This document shows, piece after piece, positions 59,942 through 64,000 of a stretch of DNA of 64,000 nt. Where the stretch lies: contig NC_047075.1 of assembly GCF_902459465.1 (NCBI RefSeq), positions 9,796,001 to 9,860,000 of the forward strand. Reading direction: 5' to 3'. Within the stretch, counting starts at the first letter, position 1, and each line of letters begins with the position of its first letter. A program made the position numbers and the translations under genes. Source of the DNA: Asterias rubens. Its lineage: Eukaryota. The notes beneath the pieces are model-generated. The model made no database searches and was not told the origin of the DNA. It saw only the letters and a list, made by a program, of their open reading frames with translations.

Positions 59942-60537
59942 CTCCATTCCCATTTTCGGCAGAGTCTTCAGAACCTTCCGACTCCTTAAATCCCACATCT
60001 TCACCGTTCCATCCGTCGAGGCCGTTCCAGCGATGCTACCATCCGATGAGACGGTCACCGCCGTAATCTCGCTTGTATGACCCGCAAGTAGATCGAACAA
60101 CACCCCGCCAGGTTGGGATAAACAAGTTGCAGACGGCATGAGAAGTGGCACTGAGCTACGGTTCAAAGCTCCGAACATCACAGCGACAGACGGGTACTTC
60201 TTTGGGTCCCCCACAGACATCGGTTTGTCCGTTGCGATGATGTTGTACAACCGTCCCATCAACTGAGACCCGAGTTGGTTGGGATCTTTCCCCAACGCCA
60301 CCGCTGAGAGCTGTAGGGTGTCACTCATGAGACGCAATTCTAAATCGTTGGGTTTGACAATGAGGGCGCTTTGGACGTCGTCCAGGAGGATGCGTAAGGA
60401 GGTGGCTTTGAGTTTGGCGAGGGTCCATTCGTAGTTGATTAGGACTTCGGTTTTGAGTTTGTCTAGTTGGTTGGAGTGGAGTAGGTGGTAAGGAAGCTCA
60501 TTCAGTTTGCGGAGGTTGTTGACTGGTTTGGATTCAC
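59942..60537 (-). CDS. NWD-like internal exon (post-NACHT helical region and first WD40)
   Basis: tttttcag|GT ESKPVNNLRKLNELPYHLLHS...EWTLAKL...LAGHTSEITAVTVSSDGSIAGTASTDGTVKMWDL...GME|GTAGGA. Confidence 0.9.
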
Positions 60538-61091
60538 CTGAAAAAGTCAAAAACAAAACAAAGAAAACTTGATAGTTTGTTATCCAGTGTTGTAGCCACA
60601 GTGTGTCGACCCACCCGGGACTCACTCTGGGCAAAATACACTGTGCCACCCACCACAGACTTCCCTTAGACCAACTAAAAAATGTGTCCACTATGCAAAT
60701 TATCAAATAAACAAAGTGGACATGCCATTCAAGTCATTGTATATCACAAACAGTTTGGAAACCTGGCATCATTCCTGAAGCTTGCACTGTAGCAAATGAT
60801 GGCCCTGTAATTAAACATGAATAATTTTGTTGACGGGCATGCACAAGATTTCTGCGCTAGCTGTATAAGCGTATAATTTTTATTTTGTATGCAAGTTGCC
60901 AGACACACAAGGTCAGAGGGCCACTTTGAGGTGTGGGCTACAATTCTTTTTGTCCAGAGGCCGCTGTCACCTACTCCTAGGGCTGAAACAGGGTTACCCC
61001 TATCACAGTCCATACAAATCTAGGCTTGGGTATCTTCAATTTGAATGCCTAGTATTGTGGAGTACGCTCGTGCACAAGCCAAAATTCCCTG

Positions 61092-61478
61092 TTAAAGGCA
61101 GTGGACACTATTGGTAATTACTCAAAATAATTGTTAGCATAAAACCTTACTTGGTGACGAGTAATGGGGAGAGGTTGATGGTATAAAACATTGTGAGAAA
61201 CGGGTCCCTCTGAAGTGCCATCGTTTTCGAGAAAGTAGTAATTTTCCACGAATTTGATTTCGAGACCTCAAGTTTAGAACTTGAGGTCTCGAAATCAACC
61301 ATCTAAATGCACAGAACTTCGTGTGACAAGGGTGTTTTTTTCTTTCATTATTATCTCGCAAGTTCGATGACCGATTGAGCTCAAATTTTCACAGGTTTGT
61401 TATTTTATGCATATGTTGAGATACACCAACTGTGAAGCCTAGTCTTTGACAATTACCAAAAGTGTCCACTGGCTTTAA
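61092..61478 (+). mobile_element. TTAA MITE nested in a family-2 MITE
   Basis: Flanks gccaaaattccctgTTAA...TTAAcctgtgaaatacgcttgac reconstitute the family-2 sequence seen uninterrupted at about 14304-14340. Confidence 0.88.
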
Positions 61479-61657
61479 CCTGTGAAATACGCTTGACAGA
61501 AGGGCAGAATTCCCTTCTTCCACAAGCGCTGATTGCTTAACACTGTAAAAAAAAAAGGAGAGCCATGAAATTGGGCCCTCACAGCAGTGAGAGTCAATGG
61601 TTATTTCAGGCGAATTTACAAACGCCGCTAACAGCAAAGCATTTACCAAAAACCTAC

Positions 61658-61821
61658 CATTAGGGAAGAGGTGGTTCCAGACCAGCGGCATGGGATCAAC
61701 GAATCGTTCCGCTCCTCCGTCGTTACCAGGGAACGGTTTCTTTATGTTTCCCCACTTCCCCATGAAGAACTCACTCAGGGCGGAGTGGTAGGAGGGCGCT
61801 TTGTCTCGTTGTTTTAGATAT
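61658..61821 (-). CDS. NWD-like internal exon
   Basis: cttctctag|A YLKQRDKAPSYHSALSEFFMGKWGNIKKPFPGNDGGAERFVDPMPLVWNHLFPN G|GTAGGT; joins ER|YL across the intron. Confidence 0.85.
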
Positions 61822-62550
61822 CTAGAGAAGAGAAAAGTACATCAGTTTATTATAGAACAAAGATATATTTTATGTAAACAAGGCTAACGACCACTCTTGG
61901 TTTGGGCACTACAAGAAGAACAATTATTTAACGTAAAAAGAACTTAGGGGAGCTGTAGGTTGAAATTTATATTCTTCAAATAGACCATGTGAACCTTGAT
62001 TACAATAAGTGTGACCTTTTGTATTCTTTGAGTATTCTGGCAGGCAGGAAACTGTACTGTTCCTATATGGGAAAGTTGATATTTTGTGTCATTATTTCTA
62101 CATAAATCCAAGAGTTATGAAAGTAAAAGCTGGACAAGTTTTGAGATGCGCTCCCTTTCATCATATTAAAACTTGATAATGATTAGACAGTGCAATCTCC
62201 ATAAAATATAAGATTTTATATTTTCTTCCATTAGGCTGTGTACAAATCGTGCCTGCAGGAAGTCCAGGCTCTGTCGCTCTTTGGTAAACACGTGATGTCA
62301 CAGGTCACATCGTCTATAGTATGGATTGACAAAATAGGGAGATCGTCAACAACTGGCTGTACATGGCGTCAGGAACCCTCAACCAAGTTAACCATGCATG
62401 TGTGCTATCAATAGATATGATAAGGAGGAAGGGTGCTTGCTTGACAAAGCTGGGTAGGATTGCATAGTTCCATGTACAGCCACAAGCCATCACGATAAAA
62501 TTTTGTTTGTATACTGTTATTATTATTTCTGTATTAAAAAGCGAACGAGC

Positions 62551-62929
62551 TTAAAGGAAGTGGACACTATTGGTAATTACTCAAAATAATTATTAGCACG
62601 AAACCTTACTTGGTAACGAGTAATGGGGAGAGGTTGATGGTATAAAACATTGTGAGAAACGGCTCCCTCTGAAGTGCCATAGTTTTTGAGAAAGAAGTAA
62701 TTTTCAACGAATTTGATTTTGAGACCTCAGATTTAGAACTTGAGGTCTCGAAATCAACCATCTAAACGCACACAACTTCGTGTGACAAGGGTGTTTTTTC
62801 TTTCATTATTATCTCGCAAGTTCGATTGAGCTCAAATTTTCACAGGTTTGTTATTTTATGCATATGTTGAGGTACACCAACTGTGAAGGCTAGTCTTTGA
62901 CAATTGCCAATAGTGTCCACTGTCTTTAA
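62551..62929 (+). mobile_element. Kolobok/T2-like TTAA MITE (intronic)
   Basis: ttaaaggaagtggacac ... gtgtccactgtctttaa. Confidence 0.9.
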
Positions 62930-62975
62930 CAATGGAATAGTTACAAGCTTCAATGACGACAGAGCAAGGACAAAC

Positions 62976-63273
62976 CTTTCTGTTGCACATTCAAAGAATT
63001 CTCTGTGCAGCCATCGATAAGTCCAACACCCATCAACGACCCCGAGCGATAGATACTGCTCCAATTCCGCCCGTAGTCGACACCACAAGACAGGGGGTAG
63101 ACGCCTGAGGGAGGTCCCATTCTGAGCCACGACGTCGTTCATGACGGCATCGTCCAGTGAGAGGAGGTCTTCTAGCTCTGACCAGGAGAGACCGTTCTGC
63201 GAAGCTGTGATGTAGCCGAGGGTACGTCGGACGAGAGGCTCACCGTAGGTGGATTCCAGACGAATTATTATAT
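62976..63273 (-). CDS. NWD-like exon (NACHT-associated helical region); the gene continues beyond the window
   Basis: gaaccag|AT IIIRLESTYGEPLVRRTLGYITASQNGLSWSELEDLLSLDDAVMNDV...RRLPPVLWCRLRAEL...WLHREFFECATE AG|GTTTGT, typical NWD1/2-family motifs. Confidence 0.88.
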
Positions 63274-63388
63274 CTGGTTCAGAACAAACATTATAAGTTT
63301 TACTACGTCAACTCAACAACATTTATTTCCAAATTCCTCAACCAATATATACATAAATAGGATTCGAGGCATTGCATGGTGAGGTATC

Positions 63389-63770
63389 AATATATTTGGT
63401 TAACGGTAACACCATGTGTGTACATATGTATCTACTTGCCAGGTAGAGTTTGTTCTTAGAAAACTGACGACGACTAGAGCAAACTAGTTGAAACGTTGAG
63501 ACCAACCCAAGAACTGACCTCGCGGTAGTACAGTTAGTTACGATCCTATAAGCTAAAGCAGTAGTCCCAGACTATTTCTATACCATCTGCCCAGGTAATA
63601 GTTAATAACCAGGACAGTGCTTTTCAGAACTGAGAAGTCTCCCGAACACCCGAACAATCTACTCCGCGATAGTAGAATTAAGCAAGACAGTTCCCTAAGA
63701 ACAAACTCTACCTGGCAAGTATACAGTTTGTAGATACACACATGGTGTAACCACAAACCAAACATATATC
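63389..63770. repeat. Foldback/MITE-like element with about 70-bp imperfect arms
   Basis: acaccatgtgtgta...tacttgccaggtagagtttgttcttag / ctaagaacaaactctacctggcaagta...tacacacatggtgt. Confidence 0.7.
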
Positions 63771-64000
63771 AATATAAATAGAACGTAAACAAAGTGATAA
63801 AAGAGTTTAAGAAATTGGGGGCACAGCCAAGTGGAAATTTTATCTTTTTCAGAAAAGACAACACAACAGGTAGGTTTTGTTTACTAAATGTTACGTGAAA
63901 ACCAATTAAAAGTAGACCCAAGTTTTCCTAAGACAAACTTGGGTCGGTTGGATTTTGTTTTCTCACAAAACTCGGGAAGATACTAAGTATACAGTATTTA

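Overview
AT-rich, intron-containing eukaryotic genomic DNA, probably from an invertebrate deuterostome such as an echinoderm (inferred from echinoidin-like lectins and a Deu-domain SINE). (1) 1-3459 is the decayed right end of a Polinton/Maverick: major capsid C-terminus, frameshifted adenain-like protease, two minus-strand accessory genes (one an apparent WW+PC4 fusion that the ORF track misses), a CRE/CCAAT repeat promoter, and an ACTACT terminus inserted into a MITE. (2) 5024-11277 is a cryptic three-exon Ly6/uPAR (three-finger, GPI-anchored) pseudogene absent from the ORF track. (3) About 19.9-45.3 kb is a tandem cluster of nine C-type lectin loci with intronless CDS. Six are intact, one has lost its ATG and two are pseudogenes. 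The cluster was built by segmental duplication, contains mosaic genes, and carries an intronless TATDN2-like pseudogene inserted after copy 5. (4) 50879-63273 (minus) is the 3' part of a NACHT-WD40 (NWD1/NWD2-like) gene with seven reconstructed exons. One exon/intron junction has been amplified into 15 near-identical in-frame 126-bp (42-aa) units, each with its own splice donor; this is the most striking feature of the window. Interspersed are about 20 TTAA-flanked Kolobok/T2-like MITEs, other MITEs and foldbacks, a hAT element with an 8-bp TSD, tRNA-derived SINEs and an L2 LINE 3' end. All calls come from reading the sequence by eye; no searches were run.
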